Below are positions 37,321-51,408 of a stretch of DNA of 64,000 bases, piece after piece. The number at the start of each line of letters is the position of its first letter. Within the stretch, counting starts at the first letter, position 1. The translations under genes were made by a program, and so were the position numbers. This DNA comes from Octopus sinensis (taxonomy: Eukaryota): positions 112,158,001-112,222,000 of the forward strand of contig NC_043000.1 in NCBI RefSeq assembly GCF_006345805.1, read 5' to 3'. Below the pieces are notes generated by a model, which was given only the letters and a program-made list of their open reading frames with translations, was not told where the DNA came from and ran no database searches.

Positions 37321-40300
37321 TTCCTTTTATTGGCCACAAGGCTAATATAAATCAAAGCATCAAAGGACAACACAAGATGATATACAAAGGGTTTTGCAAA
37401 AACCAAAAAAGGTCTGTGTAAACATTTCATAACAGAAAAAGACAATGTAATGAGTAAAAATTTTCCAATAGGGGGAGGCACTTTGAAGGTTACTAGTGGA
37501 AAAACCCATAAAAACCACGAGTGCCTGGTCAAGGGGGAAGATCCTTTTCTCCTTTTATACCTTTTTTTACAGGTATAATCTCAGAATTGGCCCATCCATA
37601 CTGGCCATTTTTCCGATATTCACCCACCTTTCAATAAATTTGCTACAAGACAACACTTCCCTCTCTACCCTCACTTTCCTTTTGAAGTGGAACTTGAAAA
37701 AGTTGATGAGGCCTTGGCCAAAGAGGAAAGTGTCTGACTCTAGCCCTTTCAAACAGGTCCACCATACCACTTCTTTCACTACAGCCACCAGACAAATGAA
37801 AATTGCCTTCCTGTCCTGGTTAATGGAGGCTGGTGGGGCAATCTTAACTATGAATTCAGCTGATAGCCGGATCCGTCCTACACGCGACAGTAGCTGTTCA
37901 ACATAAACCCACAGGTCAGCAATGCTCAGGCACTGGACGAGTGCATGCAGAACAGTTTCGTTGCTCTGAGCGCACCTTGGGCAGGCCCGGCTGACGGCAC
38001 TTTCATGCTGGTAGAGTTTATCTCAAACAGGCAGCACCCCTCAGTAGCACTGCCAGGTGAGGAACCTTTGGAAGTTATCCATGGGCCCTGGCCTGAATGT
38101 TCTTCCAAACAGACTGTTTGGCTGATTATCATCGATGCCTAGAGTTTCCCTGAGAACGTCATCGCACTTTTCTTCCACTAATCCTCTAGAACGCTGGAGT
38201 GGAACTAATACTGATCGCATTGCCCGCTTGGCTGAAGGCAGAGAGAGCTTGACGGCACTCGAGGTGCCAAGTGCCCTTTCTCAGTCTATGTTTGATCCAA
38301 GATTGCAGCTCGGTCAAAGAGACAAGCTGCGGAAAGTTGCGTCTGACAAATGGTGAACACACCTGTTCACTGTCCAGGAAACACTTGAGATGCCGTAGCC
38401 TAAGTGTATGTCTGTGCATCAGCAACAAAAGCATGCCAAGGCCTCCATTCAGCCGCTGTTGACAGCAAATGGAGTGCCTGACCAGTGGTACCTGACCCTT
38501 CCACAGTCTAATGACTGCCAGATATCGATGGTCGACCCTACCAAAGGTTTTAGACTGATCTAAATTGATCAAAGCTCCACCACTGCCCGCTCCCAACTAA
38601 CATGGAGATAGAAAAATCTCGTATCCGCTGAAAAGGGCTGCAAGTTCCCGTGGGTCAAAGAGCCTGGTTTCGCTAATGGCTGCTACATCCACACTGTAAG
38701 ACCTCAGGTCGTTTAGCAAGTGACCTTGTTTCTAAGGTGACCCAAGGCCTCTCACATTTATACTTCAGATTCTGAGCATGACTATGTTTAAAAAAAAAAA
38801 GTATTTATACAAGAGAAATAGCTCTACTTACAGCTGTTGACAGGTGGAGTGGCTCCCTTATGCTTCTGTGTGGGTATTTCCACCAGATTTCTTAAGAGTT
38901 TTATGGAGAAACTTTTCCCTAGTGACCCAACATCTTCTGGAAATTTGGTTTTGATTTTGTCATAGCTGTTTTGGGAAATTTTCAGTGTGAGTATGTGTGG
39001 TGGTGGTGGTGGTGTGTTGTGTGTGGGTCTGACAAAATCTGAAATTTTCATGTCTGTATTGTTTTTCAAGTATGTCACTAGGTGTTCATTTGTCGTGTTT
39101 ATTGCTGTAACGTTGGTATTGGTGGTGGTGGTGTCTGTGTGTGTTAGTGTGTGCGGTGGTAGTGGTGAAGAAGGTGTTGCTAATTGTTGTAAGTGCATGT
39201 TGTTGCTGCTGTTGTTGTTGGTGGGAAGTTCTACTTTCTCGTGCCTCCCCAGTTTGTCAGTTGTTTCTTTATGTTTCTTTTTTCTCTTCTTTTTCAGTGG
39301 CACTGTGTGCCACTCCCCTTTCTCACTATCAGTATTCGCACTATTTTTTTTTTTTTGAAATATAGTTTTATCTGATGTTGTTGTTGGTGGTGTAATCTCT
39401 GTTGAAATTGATGTTGCTGTTGGTGGTGGTGGTGATGGTTGGAGGTGGTGTTGGTGGTGCGGAAGCTTTTGGCTTTTGCTTCTGCTGCATCTCCTGTGGT
39501 TGTTGTTGTTGTTGCTATGACTTCTTCTTTTTCTCTGCCTCCATTCTTTCCTTGTAAATGGGGCAATCCACTTTTAAATGTTTTTTGCTGCTTCAGAGGT
39601 AGCACTTTACCCTTCGCCCCTCTACAACAACGTGCACTCTGGTGCCGTCCGGCAAATTTATAGAGTCGGGTATGGAATCTATGGTTTGTCGGTTGATCTG
39701 CACGAGAAGCTGCATTCCCATACCCGACCAGTTCTGGCTGTGCAACTTATGCGCTTCGAAAATAGTGGCAGTGTCTTCTATGTCATAGACGACAGCTGCC
39801 ACTAGCCAGCATATGTTGTTGTTGTTGTTAAGCAACAAGATGGGTAAGGTTGATTAGGTGATGGTTTAGGGCTTAGGGGCGAGAAACCCCAGACCTTGGG
39901 GAAAAGAAAAGAAACTTTGGTTGTCTTGTTGTAGTTGAGGGCTCTTCGTTGACGCCTAACACCACTGGGAGGTGGCCCTCGAAGTCACTAGAAATGGAGA
40001 TCTCCAGGTCCAAATTCTTGGATGGCACCAGCATATGTTAAGCTTGGGTGGCACTTGGTCAGTTTTGATTTTCGTTATGCACCGACCAAGGTATGTCAGC
40101 ACAAGCAGCAAATCTTCAGTTTTCAGGGTTGTCTTTGAATGCTGCCTTGCATCTTCTTCAGTTGGGAAGCAAACTTTTATAGTTCCAAACCGCTTCCCTT
40201 TTGTTACAAAAGATTTTTTGCCCCATATGGGCTTCAGTGCTATCTCCAACTGCTGTGGAGATGCACTTTCCATCTTCTTGTGTTTAATGTTGAAAATTAT

Positions 40301-41000
40301 TATTGTTCTTCTGTTTGTCTCGTTTATTAGTGTCTGTGGAGTGTTAAGGAAGACATTGTGTCCATCCTTCCTTAACAACTCTTTTGCAGTTTTAATATCG
40401 TCCATTGTAACATTGATTTCCTCCGAGCTTTGCTTTGCTGCGGAAGCGAAACCGGTTACAATGGCTTTTGTTGTTGGTCTTGGTGGTGCTACTGGTGCTG
40501 GATTCTTTGTTAAACGTGTTTATGTTTTTCTCTCCCTCCTTCTCCGGTGCAGGAGCAACAGTGGTGGTGAGAGCTATGAAATGCAGGTCCGAAAGGCAGT
40601 TGAAGGAACAGCTTCTATTTACTTCAGTAGCGCGGCACATTATCTTCTTTGCCTTTTAAAGCGCAAAATGGGCAAGTTGAATTGACATTTGACATCTGAC
40701 TTGTCTTGTTATCCATCTTCAGAGGGTGTGGTGCACAAGGAAGGGAACAGCTTACTGTTCTCTTCAAAGACGTTTTGGCAAAAATTACAAGTTATAAAGT
40801 AAAAATTCAGAGTTTCAAGCAAAAATTTTGCACCTGAAAGGGGAAAATTCCACCTAACTGACTAGCTCCGCAAGAAACTAGTCGGCTTGGCTACACAAAT
40901 ATGCAAAAATATTAATTAATAGTTTTAACAAATTTTCCAGTGAAATTGGCCAACAACTTACGGAGCTTCAGGAGACACGTCCATCTGCTTTCAAAACAAG
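37229..41000 (-). mobile_element. L1/Tx1-clade LINE with internally deleted ORF2
   Basis: 5' UTR about 41000-40720. ORF1 remnant about 40716-39000, with an RRM-like segment and degenerate CCHC knuckle (CYL*SSKKHLKVDCP). ORF2 38779-37567 has the APE start (SINVRGL..DVAAISETRL), RT motif LINLDQSKTFGRVDH and a C-terminal Cys/His region. AATAAA (37326-37331) and a (TTA)n tail follow. Confidence 0.88.
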
Positions 41001-42474
41001 AATAATAATAATAATAATAAACTAAAGATTTGAACAGATGGATTATGGAAATAGGCATAAAGCCTAGCTTAGTACAGTATTGAGATAATTAGGATAGTGA
41101 AGACGGTTGTAGCCTGATGTTAGGAATTTTGTCCAACAGTCTAATCTGTTGTACGTAAATGAAATAATAATAATGGAGACAGAAATAGGTTTTTTTCCTG
41201 TAGAGGAAGTACAAGGTTACCCGACCGGAGAGAGAGGGTGGGGGATCAGGAATGAAAACTGAAACAGGTGCGCTACTGTAAAGGAGAGACATGGTTACCC
41301 GACCTGAGGGAAGTGCAGGAGGAGGAGGAGAGAGAGAGTGGGAGACAGCAGCCTTGAGGAGAAGGGGTTAGTCAATATCATCAACCTAGCACTTAAATTA
41401 TGCTTTTATCAAATGTGAAAGGATGAAAGGCAGTGTTGAACGGAGAATATAAAGAGTTGGAACGAATACTGCAAGGTATATTTCCAACATCCTAACGAAT
41501 CTGCCAACATCAACATCAACAATAATTGTGTTTTTTGGGTTTTTTTTACCCTCGATGATTGCTTTTATGTGATAATTATAAATCAATTCCTTTTAAGATT
41601 TTGGTTTCTACTGCTGCATCGGTCCCTGCCAATTACGGCCGAATTCAGAAGAGAAACTTGTTAGTCTTTAAAATGGTTGGCAGGAATGAGCTGGGTGTCA
41701 ATGGCCTGGAATAAAGCATCACACAGGTTGTCATTTCATTTGCTCTCAAATATTGGAGTGGGTGACATTCTGCTTTTACGACTGAGATGTTTTATGTCTT
41801 CACTTTTTTTTTTACTGGATCACAGACAAATTTTCATTTGCATTTCAATGTAGGCATCATGGATAGAAAATTTCGCATTAACTGGTTTGGTATTAAAAAA
41901 TAAGAAAAATCTGGAAGTGTTACAGTCTGTTCTTTTATTATTTTTTTTTTTTACCTGTTTCAGTCATTTTGATTGTGGCCATGCTGGAGCACTGCCTTTT
42001 TGTCAAAGAAATTGACCCTTGGACTTATTCTTTGGAAGCCCGGTACTTGTCCTATTGGTCTCTTTGCTGGACCTCTAAGTTACAGCAGGGACATAAACAC
42101 ACCAACATCAGTTGTCAAGTGATGGTGGTGGTGTGGGGGGGACAAACACACACATGCATATATACATATATATGCGACAGACTTCTTTCAGTTTCCGTCT
42201 TCCAAATCCACTCACAAGGTTTTGATCAGCCCAAGGACACAGCAGGACTAAACCATGTGGTTGGGAAGCAAGCTTCTTACCACACGGCCACACCTGCGCC
42301 TATGTGAACACAAAGAATATTAAGGTCACTGGTTCAGGCTGCTATAGTGAAAAGTCTTCCTCATTCTTCCTCAGAGAGTGGTGGTGTTTTTAAGTTATTT
42401 CATATTCTGGTGTATGAAGAATATTGCACTTTGACATAAACAACTTCTTAAGATGATTTCTGTGCAACAAAGAA

Positions 42475-42752
42475 ATAACATTTTTTCACGCTAAGAGTTG
42501 CTGAAGCATGGAACAAACTGCCGGCATCAGTTGTTAGTTGTCGGAGCACTGCATCCTTCAAAACTTCCATGCTTCCTGAAATTCGCCAACACTACACCTG
42601 ATTTTCTCCCCTCCATACACACACAAGCATGTATCTGACTCATTCACTGTTCACTTTCCAGGCATTTGTAAATTACTGCATATGCTTTATACGCACTTTT
42701 GACAAGTTGTGGTGCACCTGAGCATTGTATACAATAATTTCATTATTATTTT
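42475..42752 (+). mobile_element. CR1/L2-group LINE 3' end
   Basis: FFTLRVAEAWNKLPASVV..STASFK matches the CR1/L2 C-terminal FF..RV...WN.LP motif; the 3' UTR ends in CATTATTATT. Confidence 0.8.
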
Positions 42753-42832
42753 TTTATAAGCATGATTAATCAGTGTGAAATTTAATCCAGTGTCTCATGC
42801 CTCTTCCTTTTTTTTTCCTTTATGTTTTTCAG

Positions 42833-42967
42833 GAACTCTCCAAAATGACAATGCCTGTTATCTTTAATGAACCTCTAAGCTTGTTGCAACGTATGGCAGA
42901 ACATATGGAATATGCATATCTGCTAGAGAAGGCAGGAACTGCAACAGATCCCGTCGAACGCATGCAG
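42833..42967 (+). CDS. OSBPL1: OSBPL1/2-like exon ELSKMTMPVIFNEPLSLLQRMAEHMEYAYLLEKAGTATDPVERMQ
   Basis: tttttcag acceptor, gtaggt donor, 135 nt, phase 0/0; conserved ORD motif MPVIFNEPLSxLQR. Confidence 0.96.
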
Positions 42968-43679
42968 GTAGGTATTGATGGGGAAAATGTCACCTTTACT
43001 TTCACAGTTTATGGGGCTCAGGTGAGGCTGTGTGGTTAAAGAAAACAAAAAACTGGCACTTTGTCATATTATGACCACCAGGGTTCCAGTCGATCTGACC
43101 AATGGAACACCCTGCTTGTGAAAATAACGTGCTAGTGGTTGAGTACTCCACAGACACATGCACCCTTAACATATTTCTCAGGGATTCAGTGTGGCACAGA
43201 AAACGACAAAGCTGGCCCTTTTGAAATAGAGGTACTATTCATTTTTGCCAGCTGAGTTGACTGGAGCAATGTGAAATAAAAGCAACCTAGTCATGGATGC
43301 AAAATGCTGCCGGGTATTGAACTTACAACCTTATGGTGATGGGCTAAATATCCTAACCACTAAGCCACATACCTTCAAGTTCACTTCAAAGCTGCATTGT
43401 TTTGGGTTCAATCCCCTCCCATTCTTGCACCGAAGTTGTAAGATAACATTACACCCCGCAACAAATCCTTCCTCATTTCTCTCCTCCCACCACATCTCAC
43501 ATGTAGCATATTTCTCACAACCATCTAAAACTTCACTTATTCCATATGGGTTTTTAAGCATTTTTCTTGAGCTGTAGGACTCAGAAGGCCAGTTACTCAG
43601 TCTCATGGTGAATAAGTGACCAAGATCACAATGTTCCCCTTGGATAGAATGTTGGTCCATGGCAGCAGTGAAGACAAGG

Positions 43680-44260
43680 AAGGGGACAGCCAGTTACATC
43701 GACCCCATTACTCAACTGGTACTTAATATCTTATCAACCAGGAAAGGACGATAGGCTAAGTCCACCTTGGCAGTACTTGCTGCCAAGCTTTTTGTCGTGT
43801 GCTGATGATTGTCAGCTAGCAGCCTTAATAATAATAATTTTTTTCTACTAGAGGTACAAGGCTTGAAATTGAGGGAGGGGATTGTCAATTATATTGACCC
43901 TAGTACTCAACTGTTACTTTTTTGATCGACCCCCCCCCCCCCCCAAGGATGAAAAGCAAAGTCAACCTTGGCGGACTATGAACTCAGAAAGTAAAGACAG
44001 ACAAAATACCACCAAGTATTCTGCCTGGTGTGCTAACAATTCTACCAGCTTGCCACCATAATTATAATAATAATAGCAATCCTTTCTACTGGAAGCACAA
44101 GGCCTCAAATTTGGGGGAAGGGATTAAGTCAATTACATTGACCCCCCCCAGTGTGTAATTTTATCGACCCCCGAAAGGGGAATTTGAACTCAGAATGTAG
44201 CAGCAGATGAAATATCACTAAGCATTTTGCCTGACTTGCTAATGATTCTGCCAGCTCACT
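43680..44260 (-). mobile_element. Chain of three degenerate SINE family A units
   Basis: Reverse-complement cores separated by (AAT)n; an opposite-orientation copy follows at about 44290-44440. Confidence 0.7.
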
Positions 44261-45259
44261 ACCTTAATAATAATAATGATAATAGTGAGCTGGTAGAATC
44301 ATTTGTGACATTTTGCCCATCATGACATTCTGAGTTCAAATCCCTTGCCTTTCTTCTTTTCAGCCCTGGGGTTGATGTAATTGAATTTGAGTTGCTCCAT
44401 CTCCCAAAATTGCTGGCCTTGTACCACAATTTGAAACTAATAATAAAAGTCCTCATCATCATCATAATCATCATTTAACATCCATTTTCCATGCTGGTAT
44501 GGGTCGGACAGTTTGGCAGGAGCTGGCGAGGCTGGAGAGCTGCACCAGGTACCATAGTCTGTTTTGGCAAGGTTTCTACAGCTGGATGTCCTTCCTAATG
44601 CCAACCACTTTACAGTGTGTACTCTGTACTTTACATGGCACCATGTGGATGACTTTTTTAAAATCATAGAAAAACCTGACTGTAAAATGTGAGGATGAAA
44701 AGGAGTAAATTAATTGATATTACAGCTTCAAAAATTCAGGTTAATTGGAATACTCATGATGTATCATTTCTTGTTCTCAATACTATCTTGTACATCTCTA
44801 TGGTACCTATTTACAGCTAGATAAACTGAGGCAGTGAGACTGAAAATTACTTCTGACAGATATAATGTAACAGGAACCTTTCACTCCTCTGCTATTCCGA
44901 TGACGTTCAAAGAATTCAGCAAATTGTGATTGTCGTTTGATTTGCCAGTGACACACTCAACATCTCTATAGCGCCTCCTTATGATACCTATACACAACAG
45001 AATAGCTGGATCAATAGAGCTTCAGTTATAAATTTACAAACTATTAGTACTTTGGCAAATGCACAGGCACTTGTGTGTGTGTGAGGGTTGTTCTTGTACA
45101 ATTTGATATTATTTTAAAAGAATTGGTATAACTAAGCACTAAAAGTCATTGCAGTTGCAGTAACAGATCCGATAAAACTAAATCTCATAGCAGGCAGGTA
45201 TTATGGTACCTGGCATGACTCATATGACCGTTTATTAACCATTGTGATTGTCTCTAAAA

Positions 45260-45649
45260 CTAGCAGTATCGCCCGGCGTTGCTCGGGTTTGTTTTGACCC
45301 TTTAGAATTGGAATTTTTGAAAAGTAAAAATTTTGCATTATGTAGCTTGTTATTCTTTTTAAGTGAACATTTTTCTGGTTGAAATACACTGCAAAATGGC
45401 GACACAGCAGTAAAAAAATCGTAAAAAATAGGGATTTTCATAGAAAAAAAGCACCTTTTTGATGTAAATAATTTTTGGTGTTAACATGGTCCGATTTGAA
45501 TTTTTTCTTCTATGTAAGGAAGAGCAAGCCTTCTTCTATCATACTCTCAATTTTGGTCAAATTGCGCCGCAGGGTCTCGGAGGAGATAGTGTTAGTTGAA
45601 GGCTACCAAACCTGCCATACACAGACAACTTCAGCTTTATATATATATA

Positions 45650-45737
<88 letters not shown>
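45260..45737 (-). mobile_element. Non-autonomous Helitron-like element
   Basis: The minus strand starts TC and ends with hairpin CCCGAGCAACGCCGGG followed about 9 nt later by CTAG, between A and T. Near-identical copy at 58378-58774. Confidence 0.75.
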
Positions 45738-46326
45738 TTATGTCAATATTCTAACGACAGTCATAAATCAAATAGGTGTTTAGATATTTCAATACAAGCT
45801 TCGATGAACCAACCATTCTCTATAATCAACTGCTCTCTTTCATCTAATTATTCTTTGTAAAATATTCTTTACAAACCTACCATTCTCTATATGCCAAACC
45901 ATTCTCCAGAACCAACTGTTCTCTTTCACCTAATTATTCTCTGTTAAAAAGTGTTCTTTATAAACCAGCCATCCTCTTTCACCAACAAATCCCCCCTGAA
46001 CCAACCAGACTTTTATAACCCAACCATTCTCACACATGCAACTGCACAAAATCACACACACACACACACACTTTCTCTAAGCACATCCACAACCCACATA
46101 CAAACTTTTACTCCTACACACACACAAATAAAACCCAACCCAACAAAACATAAATAAAATTTTGGAAGAAATAATAAAACAAATGCTGCAAACTGACAAC
46201 TCTACTTGTGTGTGTGTGTGTGTGTGTACTCATTTCGTTCATTTATTTTTTATTTCCTAATTCATTTGTTTTAATTAGGTTAAGTTCTTGGGAAATGACA
46301 AATGTATTAGCTTGGTTTCTTGCCAA

Positions 46327-46368
<42 letters not shown>

Positions 46369-46944
46369 TTCACACTATTGTAAGGAGAAAAGTAAACGGT
46401 GGGTGGGTGGGTGGGTGGGAGAAAGTAGTGTTAACAAGCAGCATTGTCTCTTTCAACAACACAAAGTTGACAGTTGTGTCTCCTCTTACAGCAACAAAGA
46501 CACAGTCACTCTTTCTATATATATGTGTATGTATATATATACATACTTACATATATATATATATCTTAATTACAAAAGAAATCAGTCTTCGCAATGCTGC
46601 AACATTTGAGTTATTTCTTATGGTGTAACTCCCCCACTCAGCATTCTATTTGAAGGCATCAAAGACGTACAGCCATGTCAGACGCACCCCAATTTCAGCA
46701 GCACATATTCGGGGAGGGGGGGCTTTATAGTGCATTAAAGCATTTAATATAAACCTTATTTTCCATATAGGATATGGAGGGGGGTGAAGTGGGGGGATTT
46801 TTTTGAAACACTTTTTTTTGTATACTATCAAATACAGTGTGTGTGTGTTGCTCCTATTAGTGAAGAGTACCATAGCCCTGCAATTAAGTGGTTGCTCAAC
46901 CCAACAAGAAATAGCAGTCAAGTTTCTCTTCAAATCGCAGGCAG

Positions 46945-47352
46945 TTACTCTTTTACTTGTTTCAGTCATTTGACTGCGGCCATGCTGGAGCACAGCCTTT
47001 AGTCAAGCAAATCGACCCCGGGACTTATTCTTTGTAAACCTAGTACTTATTCTATTGGTCCCTTTTGCTGAACCGCTAAGTTACGGGGACATAAACACAC
47101 CAGCATCGGTTGTAATGTTGGGGGGACTAACACAGACACACAAACACACAAACACACACACACATATACACACACATATATATATATACATATATACGAC
47201 GGGCTTCTTTCAGTTTTCGTCTACCAAATCCACTTGCAAGGCTTTTGTTGACCCGAAGCTATAGTACAAGACACACGCCCAAGGTGCCACGCAATGGGAC
47301 TGAACCTGGAACCATGTGGTTGATAAGCAAGCTACTTACCACACAGCCATTC
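46945..47352 (-). mobile_element. tRNA-derived SINE family C, near full length
   Basis: Same head, body and tail as the 22738 copy, with an internal (CA/TA)n tract. Confidence 0.82.
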
Positions 47353-48433
47353 CTGCTATTTTTTATGGTGAATGGTAGTGTACCTGAGCAATTTATACAA
47401 GTTCATTACACACACACATACAATCCTAATCAAGCTCTCATGTGAGACCCATGTTGAAGTATTACTCACATAATTGAGTCTTACACATACATATTCAGAA
47501 CAATGTTTCTAGTACTCACACACTCAAACACAAAGCATCTCCTGGACCCCTTTAAGATGGCTATTAACACAGTACAACCCACAGACCCACAGGTGTAGGT
47601 TTTCTTCCCTTTCAGTTATCTAGCTACAAAAGCACCCTCTAGTTGGCCCATGCATTTCTCTTCCTCACATCACAGATCTCTCGTTAAACACTTCACCCAG
47701 TATTTCCTCCTCGTCACTGTATCCCTTTGGAATTCCTTTCTGGTGTCTGTGCCACATAAAAAGAAGAAAAAAAAACAGCCTTTGCGCACTATAAAGTGGT
47801 TATGAAAGGAAGATCGCCCAACCATAGAAGCCATGCCAAAGGAAACATTGGCACTTGGTACAGTCCTCTGGCTCACCATCTCTTGTAGAACTATTCAACC
47901 CATGCTAGTGTGAAAAACAGATGTTAAATGGTGGCATAGATAAATTCGTTCATAATATTCCAGCTATTCGTGACTGGGCTTTGCTCAAAGCATCAGAAAT
48001 CTCCTCTCCCCCATAACCTGTTTCCATAGTAGCCAGATATTTGTCCATCTGTCTTCACAGTGTGGACCCTGGCCAAAACATTCACCTGTCCTCATGGCCT
48101 ACATAAAGCATCAACATTAGCTGAAAGCCACAGGTTTTGTCTGGGGAGTTCCAAGGTTGATAGTATTAACCCAGAATATGGCTAGTGTTTATGACAGTAA
48201 TCTTAGTCGGATGAATGAGGAGTCAGCACGCCAGCAGGATTAAAATATAAAACTAAGTATACCCAGGTATGTACGTAATTTGGGACACTAGTGGTTCAAG
48301 CACTCCACCACCTTTGTTTGAGGGTGGGGCATGGAAGGAATGTTGTACAAAATACCAATGGTTCAACAGATGGGAACTTGAGAAATTGGACCATTGAGTG
48401 GGCTGCTAGGAGTGGTACTGTTTATACTGGCCT

Positions 48434-48474
<41 letters not shown>

Positions 48475-49594
48475 ATGGCACATGGCTCAGTGGTTAGAGC
48501 ATTGGGCTCACAGTTGTTAGGTAGTGAGTTTGATTCCCTGTCCGGGCTGTTGTGTTCTTGATCAAGACACTTTATTTCACATTGCTCCAATTCACTCAGT
48601 TGTAGAAATGGGTTGTGACATCACTTGTGCCAAGCTGCATCAGCCCCTTTGCCTTTCCCTTGGATAACATCAGTGGTGTAGAGAGGGGAGGTTGGTTTGC
48701 ATGGGCAGCTGCTGGTCTTCCACAAGCAACCTTGCCTGGACTTGAGCCTCAGTGGGTAACTCTCTTGGTGCAATCCCATGATCATTCATGGCCAAAGTGA
48801 GGTCTTCCTCAGTTTGTGTCTCCTGCAATGCTAGGTTCCATGTCTTGTAATAATAACCATAAATCCTCCTCACAAAGAAGTCAATGAGGGAGACTGATTA
48901 AAGTTCATGCAACCTGCTAGAAATAGCAACTAGATCTCCCTAAAATCCCTTGCTATCATCTTAGAAAAGGGGGACACAATAGATAATGTGGTCTTGAATG
49001 CCCTGAACCTAACATAAAAAAAAATATAATAATAATAATAAAAACAATGAAATGATTTACAGCTGGAATAATTATAGGCATTTTGATTCTTAGTTTGCTT
49101 GATATGAGCTGACCTGGGGCTAAACTGTAACAACAACAAAAAAAATGCTCAATTTCTCCATCAAAGATCTCTGCTACTCAGCTGGGAGGGGATAAATGGG
49201 TGTAGAATTCTATTAAGTTGGCAGGGTGTGCTGGAGTAGTCTTTCCACTTTATTTGAAGCTGATAAAATACTACCTGTCATATGCTGGGGATGGGGTGGA
49301 GTTGAGGTTTAATTCAGTCGGCTAAGAGCTCTAGTAAGTGGGTGGGCTTGTGATAATCGCCTCTTCTTATTGTGTGTGAGAGAGAGAGTATGTGACTGTG
49401 TGTGTGTGTGTGATCATCGGTCAGTGACTTTTTTGAAAATTAGTAAATGAATAATTGAACACACCAACTGAGGTGTTTGATTAATTTCAGTTGTTGGTAA
49501 TGCAGTTGTAGTTGCAGTCATAAAAAATAAATAAATTGCAAAAACAAAACAAAAAATTAGCTGTTTTTTAAAATGGCAACTTCATCAACTAACC

Positions 49595-49888
49595 CAGTGG
49601 TTTCCAAAGTGGGCAGTACCGCTCCCCTGGGGACGGTGGAAAGATCATGGGGGCTTGAAGAAAAATGAGGCAATAATGGGATGACCAAAACAGGGCAGTA
49701 GATGTTAAAAAATAATAATAAATAAATAAAGGGTTAATTAGGTTATGTTTTATTTATGAAATACTATTTTGAATTTTCTGCAAAATAATGGTGTATGTCT
49801 GTGATGGTGAGTGGTGGTGGGGGGGGGCATTAATAATGTGGCCTTAGAACCAAGAGGGTGGTAGCCTGAGAAAGTTTGGAAACCACTG
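49595..49888. mobile_element. hAT (Charlie-like) MITE
   Basis: TIR CAGTGGTTTCCAAA at both ends; 8-bp TSD AACTAACC / AACTTACC (7 of 8 match). Confidence 0.85.
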
Positions 49889-51408
49889 AACTTACCCATC
49901 AGGGAATTTCTTTAAAATGATTTCTCTTTGTGTTCCCCCTTTATGGCAAAATTTCTCCATGGTAAAAATGTTTACGGTGAATTTTCCATCTATTCATGTC
50001 AACACCTTTCTGGAAATCATGAGCTGTGAGGGAATTCCAGAGGAATGGTGTTGTGAGGCAGAAGACCTGGAAATAGTAGTGAGAGCAGGGGTTTTAAGGG
50101 GTTGGACATTACAAAGGGGATGGGGCAGGGAGGAGATAAATTGGTTAGGAATGCCTGAGTGGAAGATGTACAAGACCATTCAGCTAGGAGGAACAGAGAC
50201 CATTATAGTAATGATAGAAGCGATTGAGAGAAGAGACAGCATGCCTGGGGCTTAGAGGCTAGAGGACATCTATCAGACTTGTAGTCAAAGACATTCCAGT
50301 AATGACCATCTTGTCTTTTATCCAAATTTACTACATTTAGAACTAATCTGCTTTGAGTAACTGTTGCTCATCTTTGATCCAATAGATTAATGCCTCTGCC
50401 ATGTCTTTGATTCTGAGGGTTAATCTTGTTTAGCATTAGGTCAGCAGATCTATATAGCCAAAGGGGTTCCAACCATGACCATCTTGTCTTTTGTATATAA
50501 AGCATTACACTGTCCAATGTGTCCTTTATTCAAGACAGGTGCTACTTTGAGGAGGTTTAGCTACAGTTTTTAACAGGTCAGGTGACAGCATACTTTTTAG
50601 CTGTGGAATGTCTGTCACCTTTCTTAGTGTTTTAAAGAAATCACCGAAAGAGTGTGTAGGTGGGATGTGGTAAATGTAGAACAAAGAACCCCATTTGAAC
50701 ATGTGTCAGCCTAGAGAGGACATTGGTAAACAATGAGAACTGCTTGGTGTGGTTGACGATAGCTGGTTGGCTGGCTGGCTGGCTGGTGAAGGCCAAGTAC
50801 TACATCCTGGTTTTCTCTCATCCTCTCTCTCTCTACACACACATACAAAACTATATTCTTTACATCTACAACTATACACTCTCTCTATATACACAATCAC
50901 TATCCCCTGTTCTGTGACTGAATATTTCTCATAGACGGCATTTAATTCCATGCAATCTTAAGAAGTAGGCATCATGTCTACTAAAATATTAACACAACAT
51001 TTTGAGTATTTATTCAGCTATAAATTATGCCATAGTCGTTTTGTGTCGTTACCCCAAGTCTTCCTGCTTCTACATATTTAACACTTTGGTCTGTCCTCTG
51101 ATAATACAGCTATACTGCTGTTCATTGTCGATGTCACCCCAGCCTCCTTTCTCCTTCTCCAGCTGTTGCAGTATTCATGTTGTTGTCATTGCAGTTGAAA
51201 CTTATAGTCACATGATCAACACAATTCTTAAGAGGGCAGGGGACGGCTCTTGTGTTGATAATAGTTACTGCAGTATTGTAACTTTTAGTACTATAAATTC
51301 ATGTGTGCTTATGTGGAGGGGGCTACACGCACATATATATGTATACATACACACACATGTACATATATGTTTATATAGATGTGTGTGTGTGTGTATGTAT
51401 ATATATAT

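Noticed and set aside
39972-40685. Longest ORF in the track (237 aa, + strand)
   Set aside because: It is the antisense shadow of the Tx1 ORF1 remnant on the minus strand.
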